Source: Dehalococcoidia bacterium (lineage in GTDB: Bacteria; Chloroflexota; Dehalococcoidia; UBA2979). From it: a DNA stretch of 64,000 bases. Positions 27,362 to 39,570 of this stretch are shown in pieces. The position numbers and the translations under genes are program-made. Below the pieces are notes generated by a model. It saw only the letters and a program-made list of their open reading frames with translations, made no database searches and was not told the DNA's origin. The stretch is taken from positions 1,863 to 65,862 of the forward strand of contig JAQWLS010000009.1 in assembly GCA_029247135.1 (NCBI GenBank). Reading direction: 5' to 3'. Within the stretch, counting starts at the first letter, position 1. The number at the start of each line of letters is the position of its first letter.

Positions 27362-29953
27362 ATGGTCACAACTACTGATACTAATAGTACCGACGGTACG
27401 GGCGTACGTCCTGTTCAAATAGTCAACGAAATGCGCAGCGCGTACCTGGACTACGCGATGTCCGTCATAGTGGCTCGTGCGCTCCCCGATGCGAGAGACG
27501 GTCTAAAGCCTGTTCAAAGACGCATACTTTTTGCTATGCAGGAGCTGGGTATTAATCCGAATTCCCCTTTTAAAAAGTCTGCGCGAATGGTTGGGGATGT
27601 GATGGGTAAGTACCACCCTCATGGTGACTCAGCTATTTACGAGGCCTTAGTCAGAATGGCTCAGCCCTTTTCTATGCGCTATCCGCTAATTACAGGTCAA
27701 GGAAACTTTGGTTCTGTCGATGGTGATCCACCTGCTGCTATGAGGTATACAGAAGCTCGACTGGCAACTATTTCATCGGAACTTCTTTCAGACCTCGACC
27801 GAAACACTGTGAACATGGTGCCTAACTTCGATGATTCTCTTATGCAACCTGAAGTATTACCTGCGCGACTCCCGAATTTACTCCTGAATGGGGCAAGTGG
27901 AATAGCGGTTGGCATGGCAACAAATATTCCACCGCACAACCTGAATGAGTTAACAGCCGCGATTGACCATCTAATCGCAAACCCCGATGCCACAGTAGAT
28001 AAACTGATGGAACAATTGCCAGGCCCAGACTTTCCAACGGCAGGAACCATCTTTGATCGATCAGAAATAAGACAAGCGTATGCGACTGGGCGTGGCAGAT
28101 TGGTAATGCACGCTCGAATCGCGCTCGAAGAGACAAGCTCTGGCCGATCGCAAATTATTGTGACTGAACTACCGTATCAAGTAAATAAAGCTGCGCTACT
28201 CGAACGAATAGCTGAACAAGTTAGAAGTAAAATAATTGAAGGCATAACAGATCTTCGAGATGAAAGTGATCGGAATGGTATGCGTGTCGTGATAGAGCTG
28301 GGCAGAAATGCCTCTTATCACGCTGTACGAAGTCAGCTCTTGAAACATTCAGCACTGCAGAGTGTCTTCCATGTAAATCTGGTTGCACTAGTTACGACAG
28401 AAGATACCGGACCATTAGAAGTTGAATTCGTTAAAGACGAAGCGACCTTTGATTCAGAGTGGGTTGAAGATACTATCCGAGACGCAAATACAGCTGACGT
28501 CACCGGACGGCCAGAAACGCTCTCACTTCGTGAATCACTTCAGGCATTCATCGACCACAGACGTCAGGTTGTCCAAAGGCGATCCATTTTCGATAGGCAT
28601 AAAGCGCGACAGCGAAGGCATATCTTGGCTGGGCTCCTTAAGGCGATAGAAAATCTCGATGAAATAATAGATGCCATTCGAAGTGCAGAATCAGCTGAGG
28701 TAGCAAAAGCAAGGTTGATGGATTCACCGCACAACCTAACCGATCGACAGGCACAGGCAGTACTCGACCTCCAGCTTCGTCGACTTGCTCAACTCGAATC
28801 CTCAAAAATACTTCAGGAATATGATGAACTGGTCGCATTCATAAATGAACTAAATGACCTGCTAGGGAGTCAGGAAAAAATTGATGATGTATTGAGGGCT
28901 GACAACGCTGAACTTCGGGAGAAATATGGTGACGATAGAAGAACTCAAATTATTGAATCACCAGTTACTGATATTTCTGCGGCTGATTTGATTCCGCATC
29001 AACAAGTAGTGGTCACCATGTCTGAGACCAATTACGTAAAGCGTGTTCCCCTGGAGACATATAGAACACAACATCGTGGAGGCAAGGGAGTCGCCGGACA
29101 GAGGCTACGTGATGAAGATAAAATAAAGCTCTTATTATCCTGCGACACACATGATAGGCTTTTGATTTTTGCGGCTTCAGGGAGAGTTTTTGCGCTTCCG
29201 GCTCATGAAATCAATGATTCTTCCAGAACAGCTCAGGGTGTTCACATTAGAAATCTAGTCGAGTTTGGCGAGGATCACGACGGCGATCAAGTTACGGCGG
29301 TCATTGCCATAAAAGATCAAGATCAATCCACCGAAGATCAGGCTGCTATGATTTTTGCCACTGAAAGAGGTGAAGTTAAACGCACTCTTCGCTCAAGATT
29401 TGATCAGGTTAGACGCAATGGAATTATAGCTATGAATTTAAAGCCTGATGATCGTCTTGTGTCGGTTTCTCCTGCATCAATTGACTCCACTGCAATTCTT
29501 GTATCTAGTGACGGATATGCTGTCAGATTTGAGTTGGAAAAACTCAGAGAAGCTTCGCGTACATCCGGCGGCGTCAAAGGAATTAAATTAAATGATGGTG
29601 CACGCCTAGTAGGCTTAGTCATTGATAGTGAAGGCGACGACATACTAGTCATGTCAAACGAAGGTAAGGGCAAGAGAACGCCAATATCTGATTATCCAGT
29701 GAAAGGAAGAGGAACTCGTGGCGTGCGGACATTTGGATCAACCAACGATGTTGATTTAATAGGGGCAGCAGCAGTGCGAGAGAACGACCAACTCATGATC
29801 ATCACCAAAAATGGCCAAATGCTTCGAACACGTGCTGGAGATGTTCGGCAGTCAAGTCGTGCAACAAAAGGAGTGATGACTCAGAAGCCGACTGACGGTG
29901 ATTCACTAGCTGCGTTTGCAATAGACATTGCCGATCGAGAAGAAGAAAACTAA
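27362..29953 (+). CDS. gyrA: DNA gyrase subunit A
   Basis: The N-terminus has the [21 protein letters not shown] motif and the active-site Tyr region [11 protein letters not shown]-terminal beta-pinwheel repeats are present. 863 aa. Confidence 0.95.
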   Translation: MVTTTDTNSTDGTGVRPVQIVNEMRSAYLDYAMSVIVARALPDARDGLKPVQRRILFAMQELGINPNSPFKKSARMVGDVMGKYHPHGDSAIYEALVRMAQPFSMRYPLITGQGNFGSVDGDPPAAMRYTEARLATISSELLSDLDRNTVNMVPNFDDSLMQPEVLPARLPNLLLNGASGIAVGMATNIPPHNLNELTAAIDHLIANPDATVDKLMEQLPGPDFPTAGTIFDRSEIRQAYATGRGRLVMHARIALEETSSGRSQIIVTELPYQVNKAALLERIAEQVRSKIIEGITDLRDESDRNGMRVVIELGRNASYHAVRSQLLKHSALQSVFHVNLVALVTTEDTGPLEVEFVKDEATFDSEWVEDTIRDANTADVTGRPETLSLRESLQAFIDHRRQVVQRRSIFDRHKARQRRHILAGLLKAIENLDEIIDAIRSAESAEVAKARLMDSPHNLTDRQAQAVLDLQLRRLAQLESSKILQEYDELVAFINELNDLLGSQEKIDDVLRADNAELREKYGDDRRTQIIESPVTDISAADLIPHQQVVVTMSETNYVKRVPLETYRTQHRGGKGVAGQRLRDEDKIKLLLSCDTHDRLLIFAASGRVFALPAHEINDSSRTAQGVHIRNLVEFGEDHDGDQVTAVIAIKDQDQSTEDQAAMIFATERGEVKRTLRSRFDQVRRNGIIAMNLKPDDRLVSVSPASIDSTAILVSSDGYAVRFELEKLREASRTSGGVKGIKLNDGARLVGLVIDSEGDDILVMSNEGKGKRTPISDYPVKGRGTRGVRTFGSTNDVDLIGAAAVRENDQLMIITKNGQMLRTRAGDVRQSSRATKGVMTQKPTDGDSLAAFAIDIADREEEN

Positions 29954-30030
29954 TGGTCGGGGTGCCCGGATTTGAACCGGGGGCCTCTTCGTCCCGAACG
30001 AAGCACTCTGCCAGGCTGAGCTACACCCCG
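29954..30030 (-). tRNA. tRNA-Pro (anticodon CGG)
   Basis: Hand-folded. Acceptor CGGGGTG/CACCCCG, anticodon stem CTTCG/CGAAG with loop TTCGGGA, T-arm CCCGG-TTCAAAT-CCGGG, encoded CCA, 77 nt. Confidence 0.8.
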
Positions 30031-30057
30031 TAGTCACTGAAGACTATCAGATTGGCA

Positions 30058-31695
30058 CTACTCAATCGATTGATTAATAGACTCTAGATGCTCAGAAATC
30101 AAAGAAATTTGTTCTGCGAGATCCAGGTTTGCATCAACCTCAACTCCATTTGCAAGTTCGTCCGCATCAGGTCTCTCATATAGGGCTAGCTGTTTATTTA
30201 ATACATTCGGGGTGGCATCCGAAATATTACCTACTTCGTTCATTCTTCTAAGTACACGAGCTTTAGCTATTTCAACATCAATATCTATGGCTATTAGGGT
30301 TGAAAATGCCCCTGACTGACCAGCAATAGACATCGAAGCCAATCGCTGAGTATTTGTCAAATGGGTTGCGTCCATGACAACAGATTGGCCACGCGACATA
30401 AATAATTGGGCTTTTTCGAGCATCTTCGCATAAACCTGCTGGCTAATATCATCTGAATACTTGGATAATGAAAGCTCCTCGTCGACGGCAACACCAAACA
30501 TTTCCTTACGAATAGCATCACTATTGAGCCAAGCAAAGCCATACTTTGAGGCTAAGGTTGCGCCGATAAGCGATTTGCCGCTTCCGGAAACACCACACAT
30601 TACGACAGACATTACCTGACTCAATTTGGGTACATATTCGACCGCTAGTGAAAAATATGCCGAGGCTTCTAGCTCTGATTTCTGACGATCTTGTTCGCTG
30701 AGCCCTGAATCCTGCGCGGTTATCGATGCAATCTTTCCTCTAATAAATGCCCGAAACATCCTGTGCAACGGCTGCACCAGACTTAGCGTTTCATCGCCGG
30801 TTGCAATAATATAGCGACCAACAAGCTCATTAGCTAAATTCTCATAACCTAAAGCCGTCATATCCATAGCCAGAAAAGCTAGCTCATAGCCAACGTCTAA
30901 ATAGCGAAATTGAAACCAATCGTTAAATTCAATTCCATCAACTATGACTATTCCATCCGACCGACCAGCCGCAAGTTCTGAGAAAGAAGCTAAAAGATAA
31001 ACATGGTCACAATGCAAATCACCATGACCCTCAACAACTCGACCAGTCTGGAGTCTTTGCAACAAAACAGGTTCGTACTCGTCTAGCATCATCTCCACCG
31101 ATATCAGCAAGCGCTCATACGTCTCACGTGGCAAAGTGACGTCAATAAAATCTGCAATCTCAGCTAACTCTCTATCCCACCATTCCTTGACTTTTCTTGG
31201 CCCAGCAAATTCAATATCTGATTCTACTTTCTCGCAATTTTTGTGAAATTCGAAAAGACGCATCGCCAGACGCTCAGCTAGATTATCCAGAATTTTACTG
31301 CCAGTCTTAAGAGTCGATGCTAACGTAGCATCCTCGGGTAGGCGCCTCATCTTCACCGCCCACTCTAAAATATCTACTCCCATAGATTTATCAGGCGGAG
31401 GATCGACAAGTATTTGCCCCGAGCTCAAACGAACAACAGGCACAACCTCTAAGTAAACCGAAGGGGCCAGTCGAGTATTTAATACGACTTCCTGCTCACA
31501 AAACTTTTTCCGGCTTTCAAAAGATATCTGGTTAATAAATCCAAAATCGACTGGTTTCTTAGTCTTAAATACATAATCACCAGCGATATGCACATACGAG
31601 ATATGGGTCTCACGAAAAGCGATTTCCGCCACCTCATAGCTGTACGCGGATGGGCTGAGCAGAGCAGTTACATACTCAGGAAATTCTGACGACAT
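30058..31695 (-). CDS. Bifunctional protein: APH-like phosphotransferase domain + P-loop kinase (AAA_33/gluconokinase-like) domain
   Basis: The N-terminal domain carries the HGDLHCDHV catalytic-loop motif (Brenner-type). The C-terminal domain has the Walker A motif GVSGSGKS. 545 aa. Confidence 0.65.
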   Translation of the reverse strand: MSSEFPEYVTALLSPSAYSYEVAEIAFRETHISYVHIAGDYVFKTKKPVDFGFINQISFESRKKFCEQEVVLNTRLAPSVYLEVVPVVRLSSGQILVDPPPDKSMGVDILEWAVKMRRLPEDATLASTLKTGSKILDNLAERLAMRLFEFHKNCEKVESDIEFAGPRKVKEWWDRELAEIADFIDVTLPRETYERLLISVEMMLDEYEPVLLQRLQTGRVVEGHGDLHCDHVYLLASFSELAAGRSDGIVIVDGIEFNDWFQFRYLDVGYELAFLAMDMTALGYENLANELVGRYIIATGDETLSLVQPLHRMFRAFIRGKIASITAQDSGLSEQDRQKSELEASAYFSLAVEYVPKLSQVMSVVMCGVSGSGKSLIGATLASKYGFAWLNSDAIRKEMFGVAVDEELSLSKYSDDISQQVYAKMLEKAQLFMSRGQSVVMDATHLTNTQRLASMSIAGQSGAFSTLIAIDIDVEIAKARVLRRMNEVGNISDATPNVLNKQLALYERPDADELANGVEVDANLDLAEQISLISEHLESINQSIE

Positions 31696-31753
31696 TCATT
31701 GAAGCTAGCCGCGTCTTGGTAACAAGTCAAACCAAGACCGCTAGAATAGTGAT

Positions 31754-32242
31754 ATGGAAAATTCTCAACTCACCCACCTTGATTCATCTGGCTCAGCTCG
31801 CATGGTAGACGTATCCACCAAGGACATCACCACACGCGAAGCGACGGCTCAATCAAAAGTATTCCTAAAAAAAGAAACACTCGAATTAATTACACAAGGA
31901 AATATTCCAAAAGGAGATGTTTTCGCAAGTGCCCGAATCGCGGGAATTATGGCAGCAAAGGAAACTCACCGACTAATTCCATTGTGTCACCCACTTCCAA
32001 TAACAGCTGTAAACATTGACATTAATGCCGACAATTCTGCCAATGCGCACAGTATTATTATTGCGGCCACAGTGCGGGTAAATTCTCAAACTGGGGTCGA
32101 AATGGAAGCGCTCACTGCCGCGAGCATCGCCGCTTTGACCATATATGACATGTGCAAGGCGGTTGATCGTGGTATGACGATCTCAGATGTTAAATTATTA
32201 AAGAAATCTGGAGGGCGCTCCGGTAGTTATCAGTCAGAGTGA
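31754..32242 (+). CDS. moaC: Cyclic pyranopterin monophosphate synthase
   Basis: 162-aa ORF with the MoaC motifs [16 protein letters not shown] and PLCHPLP. Confidence 0.9.
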   Translation: MENSQLTHLDSSGSARMVDVSTKDITTREATAQSKVFLKKETLELITQGNIPKGDVFASARIAGIMAAKETHRLIPLCHPLPITAVNIDINADNSANAHSIIIAATVRVNSQTGVEMEALTAASIAALTIYDMCKAVDRGMTISDVKLLKKSGGRSGSYQSE

Positions 32243-35200
32243 ACTAGCTCAACACCTAAAGAAATTGCTTCGCCGTCAAGTTCCCCAGACCACGAAGTCG
32301 CCTCTTCAGAGGAGTCTTCTTCATTAACTTGCAATGCCAGAGTTTCATCAGCTACATATTCTGAGTGCAAATTCATGGCTGATGAAATCAATTCCGTGCC
32401 AGACCAAGAAATCTTAATCCGATCCGATATATCGAATCCCGCGTCTCGACGCAGATTTTGTAATCGTCGCACTATCTCGCGCGCAAGGCCCTCAGCCACC
32501 AATGCGTCATCAAGTCTGATTTCGAGGAGCGCTAAATATCCGCCATCCTCCTGAGCTGACCACCCATCAGATGCTTCTACATCAACAAGAATATCTGTAG
32601 CTGTTAACTCATACTCCCCAAGAGTCACAGACCCACTCAATTTCATTGATTCAATAATCTGACCAGAGTTAGCGGCCTCGATCGCGCTTCTAACCGAAGA
32701 CACATCTTTGCCAAATCTTGGACCTAATGTCTGTAAATTAGGTTTGAGCATAAATTGAACACGATCTCCCGGCTCATCAAGCACCTCCACGGCCTTTACG
32801 TTCAGCTCCGCAGCAATGTCTTCTTTCCAGTTAGCTAACGCCTCGCGTTCCTGAGAGTTACGTGGAATTAAAACCACGGCCGCACAGGGCTGTCTGACTT
32901 TGACTTTTGCCTGTTCCCGAGCTGCCCGCCCCAGTGAAATCATTTTCTGAACCAAGGTGACCTGGCGCGACAAATCCTCGTCAATTAAATCTTCCGATGG
33001 AACCGGCCAATAATTTAAATGGACAGAATCAATATCGCTACCACTGTGCGATCGCTCCAAATTCTGATAAATAGTTTCAGCAATAAAGGGAGTAAAGGGT
33101 GCTAATAATTTACTCACGGTGGTTAGGCAATGATACAGAGTTGCCAGTGCAGCCCTGGAGTCTTCATCATCACCAGATTTCCAGAATCTTCGACGATTCC
33201 GTCTGACGTACCAATTCGAAAGCTGGTCTACGAACGATGCTATAGGATGTGCTGCCTGAGCAGGCTCATATGAATCCAAGGCAGAAGTGACTTTACCTAC
33301 TGTGATTTCGAGCTCAGAACGAATCCACCTATCGATTGGAACCTGCGAATTAAGTGAAGTGTAATCCGTAGGATTGAATGTGCCGGTATTTGCGTAGGTG
33401 ACAAAAAATGAGTATGTATTCCAAAGTGTTGACAAAAATTTTCTCGATGTTTCCTGCACTAAATCTGCAGAAAATCTTCTTGAATTGCCAGGAGGAGAAG
33501 CCGTATACATTGTCCAGCGCACCGCATCCGCTCCATAGTCATCCAAAACTGACCAAGGATTAATCACATTGCCAACGGACTTTGACATCTTTGAACCTTC
33601 ACCATCAAGAATATGGCCGAGGCAAATAACGTTTTCAAAGGATCTCTCTGCATGAGTATCGCCTGTACGGTGCAACAACGTTGCTAGAGCGTGTAGCGTA
33701 TAAAACCATCCCCTTGTCTGATCAACCGCCTCACAAATAAAATCAGCAGGAAACTCCTCAGTGAAAATATCTTTATTCTCAAAAGGATAATGATGCTGTG
33801 CATAAGGCATGGCACCTGAATCAAACCATGCGTCAGCCACCTCAGGAGTCCTATTCATTCGACCACTACACTGCATACAACCAATAACCACGTCATCCAC
33901 AAATGGTCGATGAGGATCTATTTCACCGTCAGGTCGCTTAATTGCCTCTCCTGTACCGTCTATCGCTCTTTCAAAAAGCTCATCAAATGATCCAATCGCA
34001 TCAATAGACCCACATTCCTCACAAGACCATATAGGTAAAGGAGTGCCCCAATAACGCTCTCGCGAAACTGCCCAGTCCACATTGTCCGAAAGCCACTCGC
34101 CAAATCGACCATCTTTTATATGATTAGGAACCCAACCAATTTCCTGATTAGAGGAAACGAGATCATCACGGACCGCAGTCGTGCGTATGTACCAAGATGG
34201 TTTTGCATAATAAAGAATCGGAGAATCACATCTCCAACAGAAAGGATATGTATGACGAATCTGCTCAGATTTAAATAAAAGACCTCTCTCACGCAGGTCC
34301 GCAGTAACGGCTTTGTCGGCCTCCTTGGCAAACAGTCCGTCTCCAGGTCCGCCTAGGACAATTCCATCTGGACGTACCGGTTGTAAAAACATCAAATCGT
34401 TAGCTCGACCGATTCCATAGTCCTCCGCTCCAAAAGCAGGTGCCACATGAAGAACACCTGTTCCTTCATCGGTAGTCACCTCATCTGATGCGACGACTTT
34501 ACGGCTCGGAAGATCGTCCAAAGACGCTGGTCTCACTGCGACGCCATCCACAAACATATATGGATCTGTATCCTCCCAAAGTTCAGCTGGCCATAGCTCC
34601 TCGTAATATGCGCCAAGTAGCCTGGCGCCCTTAAAACGCACTAAAACATTACCATCCGGTGCAAGATCGGATACTCGGTCTGTCGCGACGATAATTCGCT
34701 CGATGCCTATGTGTTGATCTTCTCTTTCAACCAAGGAGTACTCAGCATTCACAGAAATCGCTAACGCCGCTGACCCGGAGAGCGTCCAAGGTGTAGTCGT
34801 CCAAGCTAACAGGGACGTCTTGATTCCTTGACTGAGTTGCAGAAGCTCAACGGATTCATCGCTCAGGTTGCTAGACTCGCTAGGCACAACGAAACGAATA
34901 GTTACGCCAGGATCCGGTGTGTCCTCTTTGTAACCAAGAGAAATCTCATGACTCGAGAGAGAAGTTTGACATCTAGGGCAGTGCGGCGTCACCCTAAAAT
35001 CCTGGAACATTAAACCGTTATCCCACAAGCGCTTAAATATCCACCAGCATGACTCAACATAATTCGCGTCATAGGTCACATAGGGATCGCTCATATCAAC
35101 CCAATAGCCAATCCGATCCGTTAAACGTTCCCAGTCCTGCACATAGTTAAAAACAGATTCTCTACATCTTCGGTTGAATTCCTCAACTCCAAAAATCTCT

Positions 35201-35547
35201 ATTTCCTTCTTTTCTTTGAAACCAAGCTGCTTCTCAACCTCCAGTTCAACCGGAAGTCCATGAGTATCCCAACCACCTTTTCTTGGGACACGATACCCAC
35301 GCATCGTGCGATATCTTGGAATCAAATCTTTAAAAGCACGCGCGAGTACGTGATGAATTCCGGGATTTCCATTGGCAGTTGGTGGGCCCTCATAAAAAAT
35401 GAATTTATTATCAATGGGTCTTTCTTCGACTGATCGCCTAAAGACATCTAACTCTTTCCACAATGCTAGAATATCCTGCTCTTGCGCAGGAAAAGAAACT
35501 CGAGAATTGACTTCTTGAAACAATCCCAAACCTATGCCCCTAATCAA
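32230..35547 (-). CDS. ileS: Isoleucine--tRNA ligase
   Basis: The HIGH-type motif ([20 protein letters not shown]) and KMSKS are present. The length and editing domain are consistent with type 2 IleS. Confidence 0.95.
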   Translation of the reverse strand: MIRGIGLGLFQEVNSRVSFPAQEQDILALWKELDVFRRSVEERPIDNKFIFYEGPPTANGNPGIHHVLARAFKDLIPRYRTMRGYRVPRKGGWDTHGLPVELEVEKQLGFKEKKEIEIFGVEEFNRRCRESVFNYVQDWERLTDRIGYWVDMSDPYVTYDANYVESCWWIFKRLWDNGLMFQDFRVTPHCPRCQTSLSSHEISLGYKEDTPDPGVTIRFVVPSESSNLSDESVELLQLSQGIKTSLLAWTTTPWTLSGSAALAISVNAEYSLVEREDQHIGIERIIVATDRVSDLAPDGNVLVRFKGARLLGAYYEELWPAELWEDTDPYMFVDGVAVRPASLDDLPSRKVVASDEVTTDEGTGVLHVAPAFGAEDYGIGRANDLMFLQPVRPDGIVLGGPGDGLFAKEADKAVTADLRERGLLFKSEQIRHTYPFCWRCDSPILYYAKPSWYIRTTAVRDDLVSSNQEIGWVPNHIKDGRFGEWLSDNVDWAVSRERYWGTPLPIWSCEECGSIDAIGSFDELFERAIDGTGEAIKRPDGEIDPHRPFVDDVVIGCMQCSGRMNRTPEVADAWFDSGAMPYAQHHYPFENKDIFTEEFPADFICEAVDQTRGWFYTLHALATLLHRTGDTHAERSFENVICLGHILDGEGSKMSKSVGNVINPWSVLDDYGADAVRWTMYTASPPGNSRRFSADLVQETSRKFLSTLWNTYSFFVTYANTGTFNPTDYTSLNSQVPIDRWIRSELEITVGKVTSALDSYEPAQAAHPIASFVDQLSNWYVRRNRRRFWKSGDDEDSRAALATLYHCLTTVSKLLAPFTPFIAETIYQNLERSHSGSDIDSVHLNYWPVPSEDLIDEDLSRQVTLVQKMISLGRAAREQAKVKVRQPCAAVVLIPRNSQEREALANWKEDIAAELNVKAVEVLDEPGDRVQFMLKPNLQTLGPRFGKDVSSVRSAIEAANSGQIIESMKLSGSVTLGEYELTATDILVDVEASDGWSAQEDGGYLALLEIRLDDALVAEGLAREIVRRLQNLRRDAGFDISDRIKISWSGTELISSAMNLHSEYVADETLALQVNEEDSSEEATSWSGELDGEAISLGVELVHSD

Positions 35548-35676
35548 TCACTTAGATACGTATTTTTTCTATAAAACGAAAAATCCACCTTAGTCTTTTC
35601 TTTGCATATGCCCACAATATCGTCAGGTTTTATCTCTCATTAGTGAAGTCCAACTGACACTATTCCACTCAAAACA

Positions 35677-36492
35677 CTAACAGTCTAATTCAACCTTATC
35701 TACAAAGGCTCGAACAGATGAATTCCAAACCAACGGATTTTCAAAATAAGCTGAATGACCCGCTACAGGAACCCCTACATATTGTGAACCAGGGGTTAGT
35801 TGATGTGATATTTGAATTAAATCAGGATGAACAACACGATCATAATTTCCACAAATCCAAAGTATAGGTAGCTGACTTTCACTCAACCTCTGAGCAGTTG
35901 TGCCTTTGTAATTAATCATTCTAGTTGTCGGCGCCAAAAAATCTTTTGGCCGTTTCGGATTCAACCCACGTAGCTGTCTGTATAAAAATTGTCTTTCAGG
36001 ATTTGTTTTAGCAAAATCGGGCGCCATCGCTCTCTGTAATAGCGAGCCCGCAAGCGTACCGTCTTGCTCTAATTGTGATTTTAAGACCCTATATGATTCG
36101 TCAACGCAACCACCATTCGTACCAGAATAAATCAATGATTTGATCATCTCAGGCTCTCGTGAAAATAATCCAAAAGCCGTACGTCCTCCCATGGAGTGAG
36201 CCACAAAATGAACATTATCGACTTGAAGGTGTTTCAATAGCGCTCGCGTATCAGACCCAAAAGCAATGCGTCCGGGTCCGTCCGTAATATCTGGGGAACG
36301 ACCGAACGCGCGATGATCGAATGTAATAACAGGATATCTGTCTGAGAAGGCTTGAATATTTTGCCACCAAACTGCAGCATTTCCGCCCGCGCCATGAGCC
36401 AGTAATATTGGTGATACGGTGCTCGTAGCTATGTCTGGTCCGTGGGTCTCATAATATAGAGAAAAGCCGTCAGCGAATTCTAGGCGGGGCAT
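35677..36492 (-). CDS. Alpha/beta-fold hydrolase
   Basis: The nucleophile elbow GxSxG (AHSMGG) is present. 271 aa. Confidence 0.7.
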   Translation of the reverse strand: MPRLEFADGFSLYYETHGPDIATSTVSPILLAHGAGGNAAVWWQNIQAFSDRYPVITFDHRAFGRSPDITDGPGRIAFGSDTRALLKHLQVDNVHFVAHSMGGRTAFGLFSREPEMIKSLIYSGTNGGCVDESYRVLKSQLEQDGTLAGSLLQRAMAPDFAKTNPERQFLYRQLRGLNPKRPKDFLAPTTRMINYKGTTAQRLSESQLPILWICGNYDRVVHPDLIQISHQLTPGSQYVGVPVAGHSAYFENPLVWNSSVRAFVDKVELDC

Positions 36493-37039
36493 ATTCTCTC
36501 AACTCCTCATCCCACGGCTCTCCAGTTGCCTTGGCTACGACATCTAGCATATCCTCAACGTCGCCTTTAAGTGCGTCATCAGGTTGTTCACCCAAGACGG
36601 CTAATGCATCTAAAAATAACGCACGGGCTTTTTCATAAAGCTCTTGAGGCGTCTCAGTCGGGGCCTGAAACGAAAATTTCGGACGCTCTAGCGCATTAGC
36701 TATGTACTCCGAACACCAACCAGCCGTATACAGAATATACGCGTCTACAGGATCAAATTTCACAGCCTGCTTCAAATAATCCAAACCTTCACCAAACTTA
36801 CGTTGTCTCGTAACTAACGTCTGGCCCAGATAAGAATACCCTGCTGCAAATTCAGGATGATCTGCAACAATTCCTCGGACCTGTTCAATCGCCGTCGAAA
36901 TATCACCGGCTGCATGCAGCTGCATAGCTCCGCGCAGTAGGGTATTTGGATCAAGATTTGTCATACCTATAACTCTAACCGGCATCACGTCTAAATTTTT
37001 TAAATTCGCAAAGCTAAAACTAAAATAATGCGCTAACAT
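36470..37039 (-). CDS. Tetratricopeptide-repeat protein
   Basis: TPR-like helical repeats (AAGYSYLGQTL..., YLKQAVKFDP...). The true start is probably an internal Met. Confidence 0.55.
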   Translation of the reverse strand: MLAHYFSFSFANLKNLDVMPVRVIGMTNLDPNTLLRGAMQLHAAGDISTAIEQVRGIVADHPEFAAGYSYLGQTLVTRQRKFGEGLDYLKQAVKFDPVDAYILYTAGWCSEYIANALERPKFSFQAPTETPQELYEKARALFLDALAVLGEQPDDALKGDVEDMLDVVAKATGEPWDEELREYAPPRIR

Positions 37040-37541
37040 GCCTTATTACTGGGGAGGTAAATTAAATATGACTGATGAGTTAGAACTAACACAGGATATG
37101 AAAGATGCGATTGACCGAGAAGGAGATCCTGTTCTGTACGAGGTCACAACGCTGGGGATTCGAACATTTGCTCGAGCCGTCGGCTATACAAATACCAAAT
37201 ATTATGACGAAGATGCAGCTCAGGCTGCTGGCCATGCGGCCTTGCCATCACCACCAGGCTATTTAGGTATGCCAGTGTGGAATCCAAACAAAGAACCATC
37301 AAGACAACCCACCTTCAATAATCCATTTACGCGAAATTTAAATGGTGGAACTCAAGTTCAGCCGATTCAACAGGTATATGCTGGAGACGTACTCAGTGCC
37401 GTCTCACGAATCACCAACCTGACCTTGAGTCCAAGTAAATCCCTGGGGAAAATGCTGATTCGCGAGACCGAAACTGTCTATACGCGACAATCAGATGGTG
37501 TGGTTGTAGCCAAAACTCAAGGGCAAGGAATTTCTTACTAG
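37038..37541 (+). CDS. Hotdog-fold protein (non-catalytic N-terminal-type partner of a MaoC dehydratase)
   Basis: 167-aa ORF immediately upstream of a MaoC-domain gene. The architecture is like split two-subunit hydratases of the HadA/HadB type. Confidence 0.5.
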   Translation: MPYYWGGKLNMTDELELTQDMKDAIDREGDPVLYEVTTLGIRTFARAVGYTNTKYYDEDAAQAAGHAALPSPPGYLGMPVWNPNKEPSRQPTFNNPFTRNLNGGTQVQPIQQVYAGDVLSAVSRITNLTLSPSKSLGKMLIRETETVYTRQSDGVVVAKTQGQGISY

Positions 37542-37571
37542 GATATTTATACGTTAGCGAAGGAGAAAAAC

Positions 37572-37997
37572 ATGGTATCTGCACAAAACTGGAATGAAGT
37601 AACCGAGGGGCAAGTATTCACGCTTACCGAGCCAATGGACTCCCAACGACTTGTCATATGGGCTGCGGCGTCCGGCGATTTTTACCAAATTCACTATGAC
37701 GATGACTTTGCAAAAGGAAATAATCTTCCTGACATCATTGTGCACGGGGCACTTAAAGGAATGCTCGTCGGACGACTACTCGACGAGATTTGTGGCGACA
37801 CGGGAAAAATTACGAACTTTGGAGTGTCCTACCGAGGGATGGATCCAGCGCGACAAGATTTAACAGTCCACGCAACCGTTACAAAAAAGTACGAAGAAAA
37901 TGGTGAACACCTGTTGGACCTCGAAGTAGGAGTAAAACAAGAGGACGGATCCACGGAAACTACTCCGGGAACAGCCACTATCTCTATACCTGCCTAG
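37572..37997 (+). CDS. MaoC-like (R)-specific enoyl-CoA hydratase, catalytic hotdog subunit
   Basis: 141-aa ORF with the MaoC core WAAASGDFYQIHYDDDFAKGNNLPDIIVHGALK (D/H catalytic dyad context). Confidence 0.7.
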   Translation: MVSAQNWNEVTEGQVFTLTEPMDSQRLVIWAAASGDFYQIHYDDDFAKGNNLPDIIVHGALKGMLVGRLLDEICGDTGKITNFGVSYRGMDPARQDLTVHATVTKKYEENGEHLLDLEVGVKQEDGSTETTPGTATISIPA

Positions 37998-38012
37998 TCA
38001 CAATTCGACAGT

Positions 38013-39440
38013 ATGAACAGGACGGATTTTGAACGAGGCGTACGACTTGCTGGATTGCAGGTTCCAGACTCGGATATCAAGCTTATCGGTAGTGATCCCG
38101 TCTACTACGCCCCTTTCCACCTTGGAGAGGGGGCCGCGATAGCTCACGCATTGATAGGGTCACAAATTGACCAGATATGGCAAGAGCAGGGACATAAGGC
38201 TCAGCAAATTGCGGTCGATGTCCGACACGCTGCTGCGTCACTCAATTCTTACCGGTGGCTGGAAATTAAGAATAAGTTAGCAACTGATAGTCTACCCGCA
38301 GCGAGAAATATGACCCGAATCTTTAGGTGCAAAGATGGCAGGTTCATCCACCTACATAAATCATTTCGCGACGGCCCATCTATTGCAGTCGAACTAGGAA
38401 TAGAGCAAGAGGCTGATGTTTCAACTATTGCTGAAGCGGTCTCACGCCGCAACTCTTTTGAGTTAGAGGCTGCACTAATTCGACAAGATCTCTCAGGAGC
38501 CGTCGTTAGAAATCCATCCGAATGGGTAAAACATCCGCAAGGAAAAGAGTTGCTTCGCAGACCTGTAGTTGAAATTACAAAAATTGGTGATGCCCCTCCT
38601 GAACCGATCAAAATTGGCTCGCGACCCCTTTCAGATCTGCGGGTCCTTGATCTCACGCGTGTATTAGCTGGCCCGACAAGCGCTCGTACATTAGCTGAAC
38701 ATGGCGCCAATGTTGTACATGTAGCATCGCCACACTTGCCTACAATCGACCTCTTTGAAATGGACACCGGCCATGGGAAACGTCAGATACACATTGACTT
38801 AAATACGGAAAATGACGTCGATACACTTACTGCAATGGCAAAGCACGCCGATGTCTTTAGTCAAGGTTTTCGCAAAGGTGCGCTAGATAGGCGTGGATTT
38901 GGCCCGCAGCAACTGGCTGCGTTGCGACCCGGCATCATCTATGTATCTGAAAATTGTTACGGACATCACGGACCATGGGCTAATCGGCCAGGCTGGGAAC
39001 AATTTGCACAAACAGTTTCTGGAGTTGCTGAACTTCAAGGTCAAATGAGTCCGTTGAGTCCGGACAGTGAGCACTCGATCGCTGCCGGTAGCGATCCTCA
39101 TACGCCTCGACTAGCGCCTGCGGCCATGAATGATTACGTAACTGCATCATTCGCCACCTATGGTGTGCTCGAAGCGCTACAACGACGAGCTGAAGAAGGC
39201 GGCTCATGGCACGTACAAGTCTCGCTTACCCAAACATCAATGTGGTTTACACGCCTAGGATTACTGCAAGATGTTAGCCAAGAACAAAACATAGGAGCGG
39301 TAGATGATTTTCTCGAGACCCATGACACCCCCTACGGTGAAATGCTGCATCTCGCCCCTGTACTACAAATGTCTGACACCCAGCCATATTGGGCCTTTGG
39401 TACCAGACCATTAGGGACTGACATAGCTGAATGGATCTAA
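38013..39440 (+). CDS. Family-III CoA-transferase (CaiB/BaiF)
   Basis: The LSDLRVLDLTRVLAGPTSARTLAEHGANVVHV motif is present. 475 aa. Confidence 0.8.
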   Translation: MNRTDFERGVRLAGLQVPDSDIKLIGSDPVYYAPFHLGEGAAIAHALIGSQIDQIWQEQGHKAQQIAVDVRHAAASLNSYRWLEIKNKLATDSLPAARNMTRIFRCKDGRFIHLHKSFRDGPSIAVELGIEQEADVSTIAEAVSRRNSFELEAALIRQDLSGAVVRNPSEWVKHPQGKELLRRPVVEITKIGDAPPEPIKIGSRPLSDLRVLDLTRVLAGPTSARTLAEHGANVVHVASPHLPTIDLFEMDTGHGKRQIHIDLNTENDVDTLTAMAKHADVFSQGFRKGALDRRGFGPQQLAALRPGIIYVSENCYGHHGPWANRPGWEQFAQTVSGVAELQGQMSPLSPDSEHSIAAGSDPHTPRLAPAAMNDYVTASFATYGVLEALQRRAEEGGSWHVQVSLTQTSMWFTRLGLLQDVSQEQNIGAVDDFLETHDTPYGEMLHLAPVLQMSDTQPYWAFGTRPLGTDIAEWI

Positions 39441-39514
39441 TATAACCACTACCCGCAAAATGGCATCTTGTCTTGAACGGGGAGTGGACCTATGGTTTGC
39501 GACATATATACAAA

Positions 39515-39568
39515 CTAGGTAAGAGGGTTCAGATATCTAAACCCTCTTACCTAGTAGTTTATATTTTC
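39515..39568. terminator. Bidirectional intrinsic terminator (15-bp perfect inverted repeat) between convergent genes
   Basis: Stems CTAGGTAAGAGGGTT (39515-39529) and AACCCTCTTACCTAG (39540-39554) with a 10-nt palindromic loop. It is flanked by T-rich runs on both strands (…tagtttatattttcg on the plus strand). Confidence 0.7.
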
Positions 39569-39570
39569 GA

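Noticed and set aside
35548-35676. A possible T-box leader upstream of ileS
   Set aside because: The intergenic region is only about 129 nt and shows no recognisable T-box consensus or specifier/antiterminator arrangement by eye. Covariance-model scanning would be needed.
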